This document shows positions 14,569 to 29,745 of a stretch of DNA of 64,000 nt, in pieces. This DNA comes from the human T2T-CHM13v2.0 reference genome, Homo sapiens: the NCBI RefSeq assembly GCF_009914755.1, contig NC_060925.1; one strand, written 5' to 3'. Within the stretch, counting starts at the first letter, position 1. The number at the start of each line of letters is the position of its first letter. Position numbers and translations under genes: made by a program. Below the pieces are notes generated by a model. It made no database searches. It was not told where the DNA came from and was given only the letters and a program-made list of their open reading frames with translations.

Positions 14569-14788
14569 CCAGGGTTTCTCAGCCTTGGCATTACTCGAGC
14601 TGGATAGTGTTGTTGCAGGGGCTGTCTCGTGCACGGCAAGATGTTCAGCAGCATCCCTTTCCCACCCATTGATGCCAGTAGCACTCTCCAACAAGTTGTG
14701 ACAATGAAAAATGTCTCTAGACATTGTCAATGTCCCCTGGAGGCAAAATTGTCTCCCACCCCAGATCCCAGGTGAGACCCACCATTCT
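14569..14788 (+). mobile_element. MER20 (hAT-Charlie MITE)
   Basis: cagggtttctcagccttggca...gggctgtc...agatgttcagcagcatcc...gatgccagtagcac...gttgtgacaatgaaaaatgtctctagacattg...tgtcccctggaggcaaaat follows the MER20 consensus. Confidence 0.8.
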
Positions 14789-16004
14789 AGAATTTCAGAG
14801 CAAGAAGAGAGTAGAGTGGGCCAGAGTAATTAATGAATGTTTTATGAAACACCTATGTCCTGAGCCCGTCCTTAAGGAATGCGTGGCTGAAAAGGTGGGA
14901 GGAAGATGTTCCCCGTGGGGGAATGGCAGAAGCTAAAGTGCGGAGGAGAGGCAGGCATGTTATGTCCAGGTGGGGGCTGTAGGAGAGGTTCCTGTTCTCA
15001 CCCCACCCTCTGTCCAGCCACCCAGGAGAAGGAACAAGGTGCTTGTGCACCATACCTCCCATCCAGGCCCAACTGAGAGCACCGGCTCACCAACTTCATT
15101 CTGAAGGCATCAGAGGTGTCAAGACGAATAGCCACAGCCTCTGTACTTCCCAGCCATGGGAGAGCCTAGGGATTTGGATCCCAGCCTGACTGGGGGTTAA
15201 GGCAAGCATCTCTGGTTTCTGGCCATGAGCCTACCCTGTGGAGGGTGGGGAGGGCTCTGCAGTGTCTACCTGAAATTTAATTCAAACTGAGAAGCCCTGA
15301 TTCCACCCGGCTGCAGGAATAGGGTGGTGCTACCTGTCACTCCAGGAGGCTGCAGGGCTCCTAAATAAGTAACAGGGGTCTCTCAGAAGGGATCCCAGAA
15401 CTCCAGCACCCCTCCTAGCATCCAGCTGAGGGATGTAGCCCCAGACTCCTACCTCTGCCTCCCTGTAGCCCACCCTAGCCCTCATTCAAGTGCCAGAAAC
15501 CAGTTACCAAATGTTCTGTACCCTGTAGTTTTGGACCCATTCCTTTTTCCAGTCATTAATGAGTCTTTTGGGGAAACACAACAACTTGAGAATGTGGTTT
15601 GGATGTCTAGTTGTTCAATCTCATTAAGATTGTCAGCAATAGAATGACAACTTAGCCAAATCCCACAGGAAACTTACTTCGTTGGGAATATGTGGGAGAA
15701 ACAGCTAAGAAATGCGTCGCCAGCTAGATTTTCTTCTAACTATTCTACTGAATGAATTATGAACTAGGGATTTTCTTTTTTAGGATAGCCCAAAATTCAC
15801 AATTCAACTTTTCTGCTATCAACATCCATTTTATTTGCAAGCAGTCTTACAGAGGGAATTTCTCTGCTTGAAATTTAGAGAAGAGCATTTCCTTTAAGGT
15901 CCAGTGAACCCCCTCTGCCATGAAGCCCTCTCAGCCATGCCAGCATATCAACCTGCACGGCAACTATGCTCCAAATCCTCCCCTGGGTACTCCCCATATG
16001 CCGC

Positions 16005-16152
16005 TTTTTTTTTTATTTTTATTTTTTTTAGACAAGGTCTTGCTTTGTTGCCCTGGATGGACTCAAAGTCTCAAACTCCTGGGCTCAAGCAATCCTCCCA
16101 CCTCAGCCTCCTGTGTAGCAGGGATTACAGGCACACACCACTGCACCCAGCT
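16005..16152 (-). mobile_element. Alu monomer or fragment (FLAM-like)
   Basis: Truncated Alu motifs. Confidence 0.75.
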
Positions 16153-17590
16153 TCATATGCTGCTTTTTGACATGGTTTGGGCTAGTATGCTATTTAACTT
16201 TCGTATTTTATATACTGAACTCTTACCATGACTCAGTCTTGTCTGTATGATACCTTCTTTATTAAGATCACAATGAAAACACTAACACCCTTCTAAACGT
16301 GTGCAATGCTTTCAAGTCTGCAAGTCCTAAAGTATACATAGGAGTTCTCCAGGACAGCAGAGTCTGGCTGGTAGGAGGTGGGAAGGTGGCCAAGGGGAGC
16401 TGGGAGGGAGAGGGTGTGAGTATGGGGCAGGAGAGAGTACACAGGGACCAGATAGAAAAGACTTTGGAAGTCAGGCCAAAAGGTTTGGACAGACAAAGAA
16501 TCTGAGATTCGGAAAGGCTGTTGGACTTGCTGAAGGCCTGAAGGTCACACTGCTATTAAGTGAAAGATCCAGTATTTAAAGTCAGATCTGTCGGTATGGA
16601 AAACCCATGTACTTCCCATTGCACCGTCTGCCCCTCACACTCCATCCCTTCTCTGTGAAGTCTCAAAGAGGCTCTGTCTCCTGGTTCGGCACTGCCACAG
16701 GGTCTGCAGGACGCAGCTCTGTGGTGATTTGGGAATGCAGAGGGCAGGAGAAGCACCCTAGATGGCCTTAAAGAGGATCGGACTCTCACGCACGTTCTCC
16801 CCATGGACGCCTTCGGGCATCTGGGACCACCTGCCTCCTCCCCAACCAAACTCAAGACTCCCTGAGGCTTTCGTTACCTTTGGGTGACTCTCCCATTTGG
16901 CTGCCTTTCATTTTGATCGGGTCACACCTGTACCTTGATACCCCAAGTGGTGGCTCATACTATGGTGTGTCCCACTGCCTTCGTCCTGGAGCTCAGTGGC
17001 CTACTGTGTCCACCACTCTGCCGTCTATTAAGAGGGAACCTGATACCTGGAGGCTGAGGGAGAATCAGACCCGGTGTGAATCTCAGGGCAGATCCCTTAG
17101 CTACTTTCTTGATTGTGCAATGAGAACACAGCTGAACGTGTGGGGTTGCTGTGGAGGACACAGCTACATGTGCCCTGCAATAGTAGGCATCTAGTGGGAG
17201 TGAGTACTATTGACTCTGATGAGAAAGGGGATCACAGAGCCTGACTTCCTGTGAGATCCTGGTGCCACAGGTGCTCCTGGCAGTTGCTGCTTCGCCACTT
17301 TGTTGATAAGTTGAGCTTGTTCTGGGAAATTTTTGTTGGATCCTCGTCAGTGCTGGCTGAGCATTTTGGAATGCAGCCTGTGGCAAGCCAGGTAGCAGAG
17401 GAGGATAGAGTAGGCAATGCTTCCAAGAGCAGGCCATGATGGGACAGTGGATAATGGGTTGGGAAGTAGCATGAAAAGCCTGGTGTTACCTAGTCTCAAC
17501 CAGGCCTGAGGCCAGATAACCAACAAGCTAAAGTAGAGGCTCTGATCTTCTCCCTAGTCCTATTTGAAATTGTTCATCTTTTCTTGACAG

Positions 17591-17794
17591 GCCAATTTAA
17601 CCTTTGACCCAGCTGCTCTACTGCCTGGGGCCTCACCCAAGAGTCCTGGACTCAAGGCTATGGTGTCGCCATTTCACAGCCCACCTTCTACCCCCAGCAG
17701 CCCTGGTGTGCGATCTAGGCCCAGCGAGGCAGAGGAGGTGCCTGTCAGCTTCGACCAGCCCCCTGAAGGCAGTCATCTGCCCTGTTACAACAAG
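17591..17794 (+). CDS. RCSD1: RCSD1 coding exon 5, [20 protein letters not shown]...[10 protein letters not shown]
   Basis: ttcttgacag acceptor, AAG|gtaaat donor, 204 nt; SP/TP-rich; overlaps ORF 17660..17959. Confidence 0.95.
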
Positions 17795-19030
17795 GTAAAT
17801 TCTAGCTCCAGATTATGGCGGTGTGTCTGTGGAAATGTGGGCACTGGCACCCCTGAATTTTCTCTACCCTGTTGTCCTGGAGAAAGGAGGAAACATTCGG
17901 AGTTACTGTCAGAGCTGCGTGTTAACCCAAGTGAAATTTCTCCTCTCCTTTGCAAATGATCCCTGAACTAGGATCACCTTTTTCCTCGACTGACTGGCTC
18001 ATCTCCCCTTGCTGTAACTGTGCCATTCAACCCCAAGACAAGCCTGGGGGATGGCGTGCTCTCTCCTTTGTGGAGAAAGGTATGGAAATTCAGGATTGAT
18101 CCCAGCTGCATAGTTCATTAATGTCAAAAGCTGAACGCAAAAGCTAAAGGCCTGATCAGTGATTTGCACAGAATGCTGGGCAGCATCCCTAGAACTCCAA
18201 AACGTCCTGTCTGGCCTGGTGTGAATAGCCCTAAGTGTCCCAGTGTGGACTCAAATCATTCTTCCTGCAGCTTGCCCCAGTTAAAGAACATCCAAACTGT
18301 TCCCTTTGCAAAAATGACATGGCAGGGTGCATTTCTACAGATGCAACCCTGATCCTCTGTGTGAGCTTTCATCACATCCCTCGCCCTGCTGGGAGGAGGT
18401 AAGGATCAGAGATAGGGGCCAAGCAGGTAGCCAACAAATGTGTGCCAGGGCCAAGCAGGGGCCAAGACTTCTTGGGGTCTGGTGCCAGAGAATGCTAAAT
18501 GGGTGTGGCTTAAAATTAATGATGGAGAAATGAGATCTTCTAGGCCATTCTAGGAAGTCCAGCTAGCAAAAAAAAAATCAAATGTGTAAAAACAGGGAGG
18601 ACTCAAGGAAATAAACTAGTGGTAAGGAGGGGTTCAGGCAGGCTTGAGCCTGCCGGCTAGGGCCAGAGTGGAAGTCCCCCAGCCAGGGTGATGGAGACCC
18701 CTGAAGGCAGAGAGGAACCTTCAGAGAGAGCCGCATCTTCTCACAGGGTGAGGCAGGGAGGGAGGAGCTGCTGCCTGGTCATAATGCCTGGAGGCTTCAG
18801 CCTTCTGACAGCAGCAAGAGGAAGTTATTTTGGAACCCTGCTGGTCATGAGGGCTGGGGCCTTGATACCTTCCAGAGCTGGCCCAATCATGGTCTCAAGA
18901 AAGGGCTTGGGAGGCCCTGATAAACCAAGTATTCATTCCATACTTCTTAGATGGGGAACTAGGATTGACAAATACCAAAATGTAAATCAGTGGGAAAATA
19001 ACATTTACAAAAATTTATTTTACACACTAA

Positions 19031-19311
19031 TTTTTTTTTTTTTTTTTGAGGCAAGGTCTTCCTCTGTCACCCAGGCTGGAGTGCAGTGGTGCGATATTGG
19101 CTCATCGCAACCCCCACCTCCTGGGCTCAGGCAAGCCTCCTAGTAGCTAGGACTACAGGCATGCACCACCACACCTTGTTTTGTATTTTTTGTAGAGACA
19201 GGGTTTTGCCATGTCTTCAACCAGGCTCCTGCAGCTTCTGGGCTCAAGTGATCTGCTGGCCTATGCCTCCCAAAGTGCGAGGATTACAGGCGGGCACCAC
19301 CACACCCAGCC
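19031..19311 (-). mobile_element. AluJ
   Basis: Diverged Alu. Confidence 0.85.
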
Positions 19312-19934
19312 CACTTATATACTGATTTTTAAAGGATGCATCACTCTAGTAGGTAGGGTATCTGATGTGAACATTTCCATTGCACCTTTGACTAAGTCTG
19401 ATAAGCTGAGAAGAGGCCTGATTCTGAGAATCACATGCTTCCCAGAGAGATCACCTTCAGGCAGCTCTGCTGGTGCTCCTGAGAAACAGCTTCTGACAGT
19501 GGTGGACCTGAGTTCTAGAAGCAAAGGAATCTGGCTGCTCAGGTTTCCCAGTATCCGCCAACTTCACGGGGGCAGGAAGGACAGAGTTAGGCAAGAGAGG
19601 AAGCTGGTCACCAGGTCTCCAGCTCAGCACCCCTGAGGTCCCTGCACCAGGGCCTGGCCGTCAGCAGGTCTCTAACCCTCTTCTCGGTGCGATTCATCTT
19701 TGTCAAAGTATAATTTTCAAAAGTACAATTTTCAAATTTTTCAAAATTTTACAGTGCAATAAAATCATAAGTTATCTTTTTTACTGGATAGGAAGCATTT
19801 TGCATCTTCACAAGATAAAAGTCTGACTCTTATGCAAAATAGAGATTTTATTCAATATGTCAATTTATGAGGAAACTTGTAAGATGGTAAAACTTAGTCA
19901 AACAGCATTTGAAGAACTGGTTATTTATAGATAA

Positions 19935-20241
<307 letters not shown>

Positions 20242-20589
20242 AAGAATTTTTTTTTAAGTGTCAGAATAAAATTACTAAATTAGACACCGAACTGATTAAT
20301 GTTTTACAGTGCAATAAAATCATGAGTTTTTGTTTTTGTTTTTTACTGAATGGAAAGCATTTGCATCTTCACAAAATAAAAGTCTGCAGGTCACCATGTG
20401 ATTTCACAATCCCACATGGCTCTAATCTATAATAAATAGCAAACAATGATTCGTTCTCCTGGAAAATTAAACGGTCCTTGCGTGGACTTGTGAAGCAGTG
20501 CACCAGACTGACATTGAAAGTGCATACAGTCCTCCTCTTGGCCTTTTTTTATGAGTTTTTGGATAACTTTCCTTAACACTTTCTTCTAG

Positions 20590-21333
20590 GTGCGGACGAG
20601 GGGCTCAATAAAAAGGCGCCCTCCCTCCAGGCGATTCCGAAGGTCACAGTCAGACTGTGGAGAACTTGGAGATTTCAGGGCGGTGGAGTCATCTCAGCAG
20701 AACGGTGCTAAGGAAGAGGATGGGGATGAAGTGTTGCCATCCAAGAGCAAGGCCCCAGGATCCCCTTTGTCCAGTGAGGGAGCAGCGGGAGAGGGAGTGA
20801 GAACCCTGGGACCTGCTGAAAAGCCTCCTCTGAGGAGGTCACCCAGCAGGACAGAGAAGCAGGAGGAGGACAGGGCCACAGAGGAAGCCAAGAACGGTGA
20901 AAAGGCCAGGCGGAGTTCAGAGGAGGTGGACGGCCAGCACCCGGCCCAAGAGGAGGTCCCGGAATCGCCCCAGACCTCTGGCCCAGAGGCAGAAAATAGG
21001 TGTGGGAGCCCCAGGGAGGAAAAGCCAGCTGGAGAGGAAGCAGAGATGGAAAAGGCTACAGAGGTGAAGGGGGAGAGGGTGCAAAATGAAGAGGTGGGAC
21101 CTGAACATGACAGCCAAGAAACAAAGAAGCTGGAGGAGGGAGCTGCAGTGAAGGAGACCCCCCACAGTCCCCCTGGAGGAGTGAAGGGCGGAGATGTCCC
21201 CAAGCAGGAAAAAGGCAAGGAAAAACAACAGGAGGGGGCAGTGCTCGAGCCAGGCTGCAGCCCCCAGACCGGCCCTGCCCAGCTGGAGACCAGCAGTGAG
21301 GTCCAGAGCGAGCCAGCAGTCCCCAAGCCGGAG
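20590..21333 (+). CDS. RCSD1: RCSD1 coding exon 6, [16 protein letters not shown]...EPAVPKPE (second half of the CPI motif plus acidic RCSD region)
   Basis: ttcttctag acceptor, GAG|gtaggt donor, 744 nt; corresponds to the first 248 codons of ORF 20590..21564. Confidence 0.96.
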
Positions 21334-22143
21334 GTAGGTGGCCTGGCTCGTTCACATGCAGAAGGCAGTGCCAGGGCCAGTGTGTGCCTCTGTCACATGT
21401 CCTGTTCCGTACAGTCCCTTCATAAATCAGCTCGACATGCAGAAACAAAGGTGCCAGGCTCCTGCCTCGTGCCAACTTGTTGGAGAAAGGCTGTCGCTGA
21501 GGCTGAGGGGACAAAAGGACACAAAGAGGAAGTGTGTCTTCTGCTCTTGCCAACTTCTCGCTGACTTGGAGTTCTGGCAAGCTTCTGGGTGTGTGTGAGT
21601 GACCGAGCCTCGGCACGGCTCAGTAACTGAGGCCTGCAAGCATCTATGGAAGCCTGCTGAGTGCAGGAGCCTGGGCATGCTGCTGCAGGGGATCCAGAGA
21701 TGAAAAAGAAAGGGGAGCTCCTTTCTAAAAATCATCTCAGTTTAGCACATGAGACCAGCAACTCTTTCATGTGCATGAACAAGGTGGAATAGGGCAGTGG
21801 ACAGGGGGCATTCCCAGGGAAGCCCAAAGTGCAAGTGTAGCAGAAACAATTTGTGTGTGGATGGGACAAAAAGCTGGGGATGCTTCAGGGCCAAGGTAGT
21901 ATTTGAGTTGGCCCTCAGAGAAAGAAGCTGCATGTGATGTTGGGACGTTCACTCTCTCTCAGGGATTGGGCATCTGCTGCACATGAGGAGGACGGGGTGA
22001 CTCAGTCCCTGCCCTCCTGCCTGGGCCTGCATTTACTGGCCCTTTCCTCTACACCTGTCTGCTCCCCACCAGCTCCCAGGAAGCCCATCTTGAGCTCACC
22101 TATCTATGCTTTAAGAGCAGAACCAGCTCTGCAGAGTCCCTAA

Positions 22144-22588
<445 letters not shown>

Positions 22589-22714
22589 TTACAGTAGTTC
22601 TGGCTTCCTGCTTCCACTTTTTTTTCCCCCTGCGTATATAATCCATTCTCTGGACAGCAACCAGCAGGTTTGGTTTGTTTTTTAGATCAACTGCTCTTTG
22701 CTAAAATTATTCGC

Positions 22715-23190
22715 CTCTTGTATCAGGGTCGCCATAAAAAATTACCACAAACTTGGTGGCTCAAAACAATAGAAATATACTTTCTTACAGCTCTACAGTT
22801 CAGACCTTCAAAATTAAGTTGTTGGCTGGGTTGGTCTCCTCTAGCAGTTCTGGGGGAGAATCTGTTCCTCTCCCTTAAGTTCTGGCAGCTGCCTGCAACC
22901 CTTGGAATTCTCCCTTGCCTCCTCTGGCTCCTGGTGGCTGCTGCAATTCATGGCATCTCTTGGCATCTAGATGCACCACTCCAGTCTCTGCCTCCATCTC
23001 CATCACACGGCCTTTCACTGTTACTGTGTGTCTCATAGTCCCCCTCCTCCCCCTTATAAAGATGTCAGTCATTAGATGTAGAGTCCACCCTAAATCCAGA
23101 ATGATCTTGTCTTGAGATTCTTAGTTACATCTGCAAAGAACCTTTTTCCAAATAAGGTCAAATTCACAGGTACTATGGGTTTGGATTGGA
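22715..23190 (-). mobile_element. MLT1-type MaLR LTR
   Basis: aaattaccacaaacttggtggctcaaaacaatagaaat...catctgcaaagaacctttttccaaataaggtcaaattcacagg. Confidence 0.75.
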
Positions 23191-23199
23191 TGTACCCAC

Positions 23200-23620
23200 C
23201 TCTCCCTGACTCTCCCCCTCACTGTGATCCAGCCATGCTGAGGTCTTTTTGTTCTTCCAATACAGCAAGCTCATTCCCACTTCAGAGCTCTATCCTTGCT
23301 GTCCCCTCTGTGTGGGACATTCCTTCTGATCCTTACAGGGCCGCTTCTTACCCACGGCTCAGAGCTCAGCTCAGATGGTCCCTTCTCACTGAGGCCTGTC
23401 TGTGCCACTCAGTCTAAGTGGACCTCCCTCCATCCCATCAGTTATTTTCTCCCACGATTCTACTTTTATCATAGAACACATCACTATTTGAAATTCTCCT
23501 GTGTATTTTTTAATTGTATTTCTCTACTCCTTTTCCTCACTGCATCTCCAGCACCTGCTACAGAACCTGGAACATAGTAGGTTCTTTAAAAAAATCTTTG
23601 TTGAGTGAATGAATGGATTT
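23200..23620 (+). mobile_element. L2 3' fragment
   Basis: Ends in cctggaacatagtaggttc...ttgttgagtgaatgaatgg. Confidence 0.6.
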
Positions 23621-23857
23621 TAAAAGAAGACAGAAAATTGTCTGACCCAAAAGAAATAATCTCTAATGATAGAAGTACAGGTAGAAGAGGAACTGATGTG
23701 TTTAGGGGATCTCCTGGGGCCCTCACGTTATTCTCACTCATGCTAGATCAGGGAGAAAAATGTGTGAGTCCCAAAGACTCATAAAGTATGACTGAGACCC
23801 CTGGGTTAAGTTGTTAGGCAGAGGTGCTCCAGATTTCTTTAACATCTTCCATTCCAG

Positions 23858-24185
<328 letters not shown>

Positions 24186-24720
24186 CTAAGTAAGCAATCT
24201 TTACATTTAGGATTTTCTGGAACTGAGAGATTCCACCAGGTCTAGAGAAGGCAAATACATGCCCCAATCTGTTAGTCCTTTTTGAGGATGAAGTCACTGG
24301 GTCCAAGTAGTCACCTGCCAGTGGTTGCTACATCTTATTTTCAGGTTAGGAGACACCTGCCTTGCCAAGAGACCTCCCCATCTCACTGACAGCATCTTCC
24401 AATCCTGAAGGGTTGAAAAGTCACTTTGGTTGAAAAGCTAGTAGGGAAGAGGGCTGCTTCAGGGAGGTCTCAGGTAGAAGAAGTCTTCCTGCGGGAACTC
24501 CAGGAGCTCTGGGGCAGGCTCACTGGTAATCTCTCAAGCCTTGCCACTTCCGTATTCCCAACAGAGCCTTGGGCAGGGGAAGAGAATGCCCAGCAACCTC
24601 AAGAGCACTCTCCTCCCAAATAGGCAGCTCAGATGGAGAAAGAGTAGCTCCACTTCCATCTCTGAATGGAATGAGAGGAATGCTTTTCCTCTCGGTCATC
24701 TCTGAGATGCCAAACTTTGA

Positions 24721-25176
<456 letters not shown>

Positions 25177-25992
25177 TGACATATTAGGCACCTGCCCAAT
25201 CATCAGAATAAACTGCTTACAAAGTACCTGTGCACGTGTGCATAATTTGTTTAATCTGGAAGAGGGCACTGTCTCCAGTCCTCCCTGTTCCTCTTAAACC
25301 AGGTCAAGGTCAGAATCAAAATGCCTGAGTCACTAGTGCAAAAGGAACCATCAGTAAGAACAATTACAAGGTTGACCCCTTGAGTTATGGGCTTCCTCAG
25401 GCACCCATGTCTGTCCCAGGTCTTTCCTGGATCCCCCAGAGGCAGCACACACCTCTAAGCAGTTTTCTAACCCCCTAACCTAATTCCCATCTTGTTCCTC
25501 TGTCGGTAGAAATAGATTGATCAGACAAACTAATTATGGTTGCATTCATGCAATCAGCATTTAACAAGCACCCGTTATCCCTACCACTATGTGAGATACT
25601 GGGAGTCAAAAGTGAAGAAGACAGAGGCATAAACAAATAACGACAAGGCAGTAGAATAAATGGGATTCTGCCCTAGAAGGGTGCTATGTGAAGCACAAAG
25701 GCTGGAGCAATTTGTTCTTCGAGAGAAAACAGGGGAAAGTTCCATAAGTGCGCCAAAGGCATCAGACGTGTGAAAGCACTATAAAGGGTCACCTTACTGT
25801 TAGGTTGCCCCTCACAAGTGTTTTAACATATCGTACTGAAAGAAGGAGTCATCCTGGGGATTTCAATCATAGGCAAGCTGGACGTATCAAGTCACTGCAC
25901 TTAGGATTCTGTTTATAAGGAAAAGTCGCCCTGAAAAGAGGGCACAGAATCAGATACAACTCTAATACTTAAAATAAATTTAGCAAGTGTTA

Positions 25993-26339
<347 letters not shown>

Positions 26340-26866
26340 TCATTATGTATCCAGTATTGTGTAGGGCACTCAGCTATGCCAGAGACTAACTTACCCAAAC
26401 AAAGACATTCGAAATATTTGGATATCAAATCTGAGACTTTGCTGTATTAACAATAAGTGCCGACTTCCTAATTGCCTGATTCAATTGCTTTCCAAGTCAT
26501 TCCCCTTGGTTTCTCAACATTTGATTTGAAATTCTTTTCTCCCTGAGCTGATGAAATACATCCTTCTCTTGAGAATCCCCTACCTTTGTAACTTTGTAGT
26601 GTTAACATTGTTCTTTCTTTCTTCTCCCTCCTGGTTAACTGGCAGGTCAACAGACTCAGTTCTTGGCCCTATTTCTTCTCAGTTCTTTTGGGGACACACT
26701 CCCTGCATTCCCACCTCAATCATCCCTCAGACACATTAACTGTCCTTGCCAGAGATCCCTCTGTCTCTCCTCCTTTTCCCCTTTCCCACCCACCGCTCCT
26801 CCTTGACCCTCCTCAGCCCCGAGCATGACCAGCGCTTTGTGGGAGCTCAATCAATAATGGAATTGT

Positions 26867-26985
26867 GACCAGGCACAGTGCCTCACACCTGTGATCCCAG
26901 TATTTTAGGAGGCCGAGGCATGAGGATCGCTGGAGCCCAGGAGCTGGAGACCAGCCTGGGCAACATGGCACAACCCCATCTCTAT
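26867..26985 (+). mobile_element. Alu left monomer
   Basis: Alu left-arm motifs only. Confidence 0.75.
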
Positions 26986-27829
26986 GATGATACCAGTGCT
27001 AGCCTTTCTTTTCTATCTCTACAATCACAACTCATTCCTAACAGAATTCCTGGTTTCCAGACTCACCCTACACATCAGTGACAAATGCCTCTTCCTATAA
27101 ATACCATAGGTTGTCTGCTCTCCTATCCCAAACCCTTTGATACTGCCCACTGGAAAATGGAGTTCATGCTCCTCCATGGGCTGGGCTTTGCCACATGCCT
27201 AACCTTCACTGTCTCCATGCTCCCCAATAGTGGGGCCGGGGCTCCAGCCAGCCTGCACCCTCCACCATTCTGCATTAGGCAAGGCATCTCCTCACCCACT
27301 CCCACAGCCTCTTTGCCCAAATGCCTGCACTGCCAGCTGAAATTGCCTGCAGCCCACTTTAACCCAGCCCTCACTGGTACCTGGAAGTCCTCTCACCACA
27401 CCTCTATCTTCCCCTCCACAAGCCTTTTCTGATTGCTCTGAGGACAAATGCCCCCCTGCTCAGTATAATCCACTAGGATGGTCCACATCACACCCCACCT
27501 TGTACTGTGGTTACATTCCCAAATGTTTCCATTTCTCAGCAAAAGAACTGATGGGGACGAGGCTGGAGTCCTGGTACAGCTCCTAGCACAGAAGGATCTC
27601 AAAGTAATACCTTCGGAATGACTGTTGAATAAATAGCTACTTTACTGTCCTTTTACTCAAGTATTGGTCTTTTATTTTCAACTCTTTCTGTCCTTTTTCC
27701 ATTTATATGCTGCCTAAGAATCTTGAGCAGTGTTTCAGGAGAGCACATTGAATGGGAATGAGTGAATAGGTAAGAGGCCAAGATAGAGGGAACTCAGGCA
27801 TCAAGGGTGGGCAGGGTCACTTAGTACTG

Positions 27830-28030
27830 GACAACTCAAGCTCTGATCCCTGGGTTAAAATCCTGACTTCACCACTTACTAGCTGTGTGACCTAGGGGAA
27901 ATAACCTCTCTGTGCCTTCATTGCCTCACCTATGATAGAGTTAATAAAAGTAACTACCTCATATTGCTTTTGTGAGGATTAAATAAGTCAATGCATAAAA
28001 AAAACTAAGTTGGGCACATAGCATTCTTAT
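27830..28030 (+). mobile_element. MIR
   Basis: gggttaaaatcctgacttcaccacttactagctgtgtgacc...tgtgaggattaaata. Confidence 0.75.
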
Positions 28031-28158
28031 GACTATCATTCTTACTATTACTCCTACTGTTACTATTATTGCCAGATCCATCATCCCCAAGGAGGGATGC
28101 TGAGTGTCAGGATTTCCTCACCATTTTCCTAATTAATTCTTTCCTCCCCTGTTCACAG

Positions 28159-28191
28159 GATGACACTCCTGTCCAGGACACTAAAATGTGA
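28159..28191 (+). CDS. RCSD1: RCSD1 last coding exon, DDTPVQDTKM-stop
   Basis: cccctgttcacag acceptor, then GAT GAC ACT CCT GTC CAG GAC ACT AAA ATG TGA. Exons 2-7 give 414 codons; adding M-E from exon 1 gives 416 aa, the remembered CapZIP length. Confidence 0.93.
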   Translation, partial: DDTPVQDTKM

Positions 28192-29745
28192 AGAACAGCT
28201 CATTGTGCCCCAGTGATGAAGTTGCTGGACACATCTCTTTGCAGGTAGCAGCAACAGTTGTAGCAGCAGCAGACGAAGCCATTGCAGAGGCAGAATATGC
28301 TGAGTGTCTGGAGTCAGCCTGAAGACACAGGGTGGATTATTTCCTGGCCTCCACACCAAACGTTCCCTTGCAGATGGAGACTGAATCTGAGGGCAGCAGA
28401 CTTTTATCAGCTTGAGTTTATGTCATTTGATGGACTTGGTTCAACAACAAGAACTTACTTAAAACAATGTACTGTGGTGATGAGTCCCAGGGGCACTGGT
28501 CAGCCTGTGGAGCCCTGGATGCTATCCACACCCACCTATCCCTGCAGCTAATTTAGCTGATCTCTAATTTAACTGAGCTCTAATTTAGCTGATCAGATTT
28601 TGCTTGGGTAAAGTTCCTTTTTAATGTTCTAAAGTGTTTACGGTTCTCAAATATCAGTTAAAAACTAATTTTAGGTGGCCATAAACATAAAATAGAAACC
28701 CTGTAAGTTACAGAAGACCCTAAATTGTATCAAAACCCTAGAGACAACTTTTCAATTTGATCCAAATTTGAACTGGCCAACCAGTCTTTAAAACACTGGA
28801 CTAGAAGAGATAATGATTGAAACATTTAAAAAAAAAAAGTGCTCCATTCGCAGGAGCTTTTCCTGTCCTGTGGTTTTCCAGTTGGTGACCACCATGGGAG
28901 GTCGCTGGCTCGGCTCACTCCCTTCTCCCACCCTTGAGAATGTGGAGAACTCCCATGGAGAGGCAGAATGGCAGGAGGTTTCATGTCCCGCGTTGCATCT
29001 CCTCCTGAAAGAAAAGCAGTGATACCTGAATAATGCTGGCTCTCCGATTGATCCTGTGAGGATGAATTTGCATTTCCAGAATCCTTGAGCATGGATTAGA
29101 TGTTTCCTGGGAGGTGCCTTGAGTACCATTATGTGCAAGCTACATAATTAAAACATTTTTCTTAGTTTCCCTGGGAAGCTTTTCTTGACTCACAGCCCAG
29201 GTTCTTCTGCCCAACACAAAAGGAGTGAGTTGGGGTCTTTAGTCTCTTCTTATTGGGTAGCTCTTGCTTTAATATTCTGTTTGGTGAGTGTAAGGGATTC
29301 TGCAAGGGACAGGGGGCCTGACTACCCAGTCTTTGACTTGTATCCTCTCCCCTCTTCATACACTCCTGCTGAAAAATGTTAATCCAAATACACATTTAAA
29401 CTTAGGGTCGGTCCTTATTCTGATTTGAGTATTTTAATGTCTCAGTGTGCTGATTTGGTAGTTGGAAGAATTATTCTTCTGGAGGTCTGTTAGACTACAT
29501 CCTACACTGACTTCAGAAAACAGTCTGTCAGACAAAAAGGCCTTATGTCACCACTGGTACCTCAGTTTCCTCATCCCATTTACAGTTTTTCTAACTCCAG
29601 GGTAGTGTTTAGTGTTAATATTTGGGATATATTTTTTTTCAAAACTGTTTTTAAGTAGTTTGTAATTTGTAACAAACTTGTAACCTGGTTGGGACTGATA
29701 TTGTCATAGCTATGATAAACTTTGGATATTAGCAGAATTTGGGAG
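28192..29745 (+). other. RCSD1: RCSD1 3'UTR (proximal form; may extend to about 32190)
   Basis: Follows the stop codon; three TGTA elements (29661-29682), variant PAS GATAAA (29714-29719) and a downstream GT/T-rich tract. Confidence 0.6.

Noticed and set aside
20694-21326. 210-aa antisense ORF and other minus-strand ORFs over exon 6
   Set aside because: Shadow of the purine-rich, low-complexity RCSD1 exon; no independent gene signals.
28545-28592. CRISPR-like array
   Set aside because: The units are contiguous with no unique spacers and the context is eukaryotic; this is a minisatellite.
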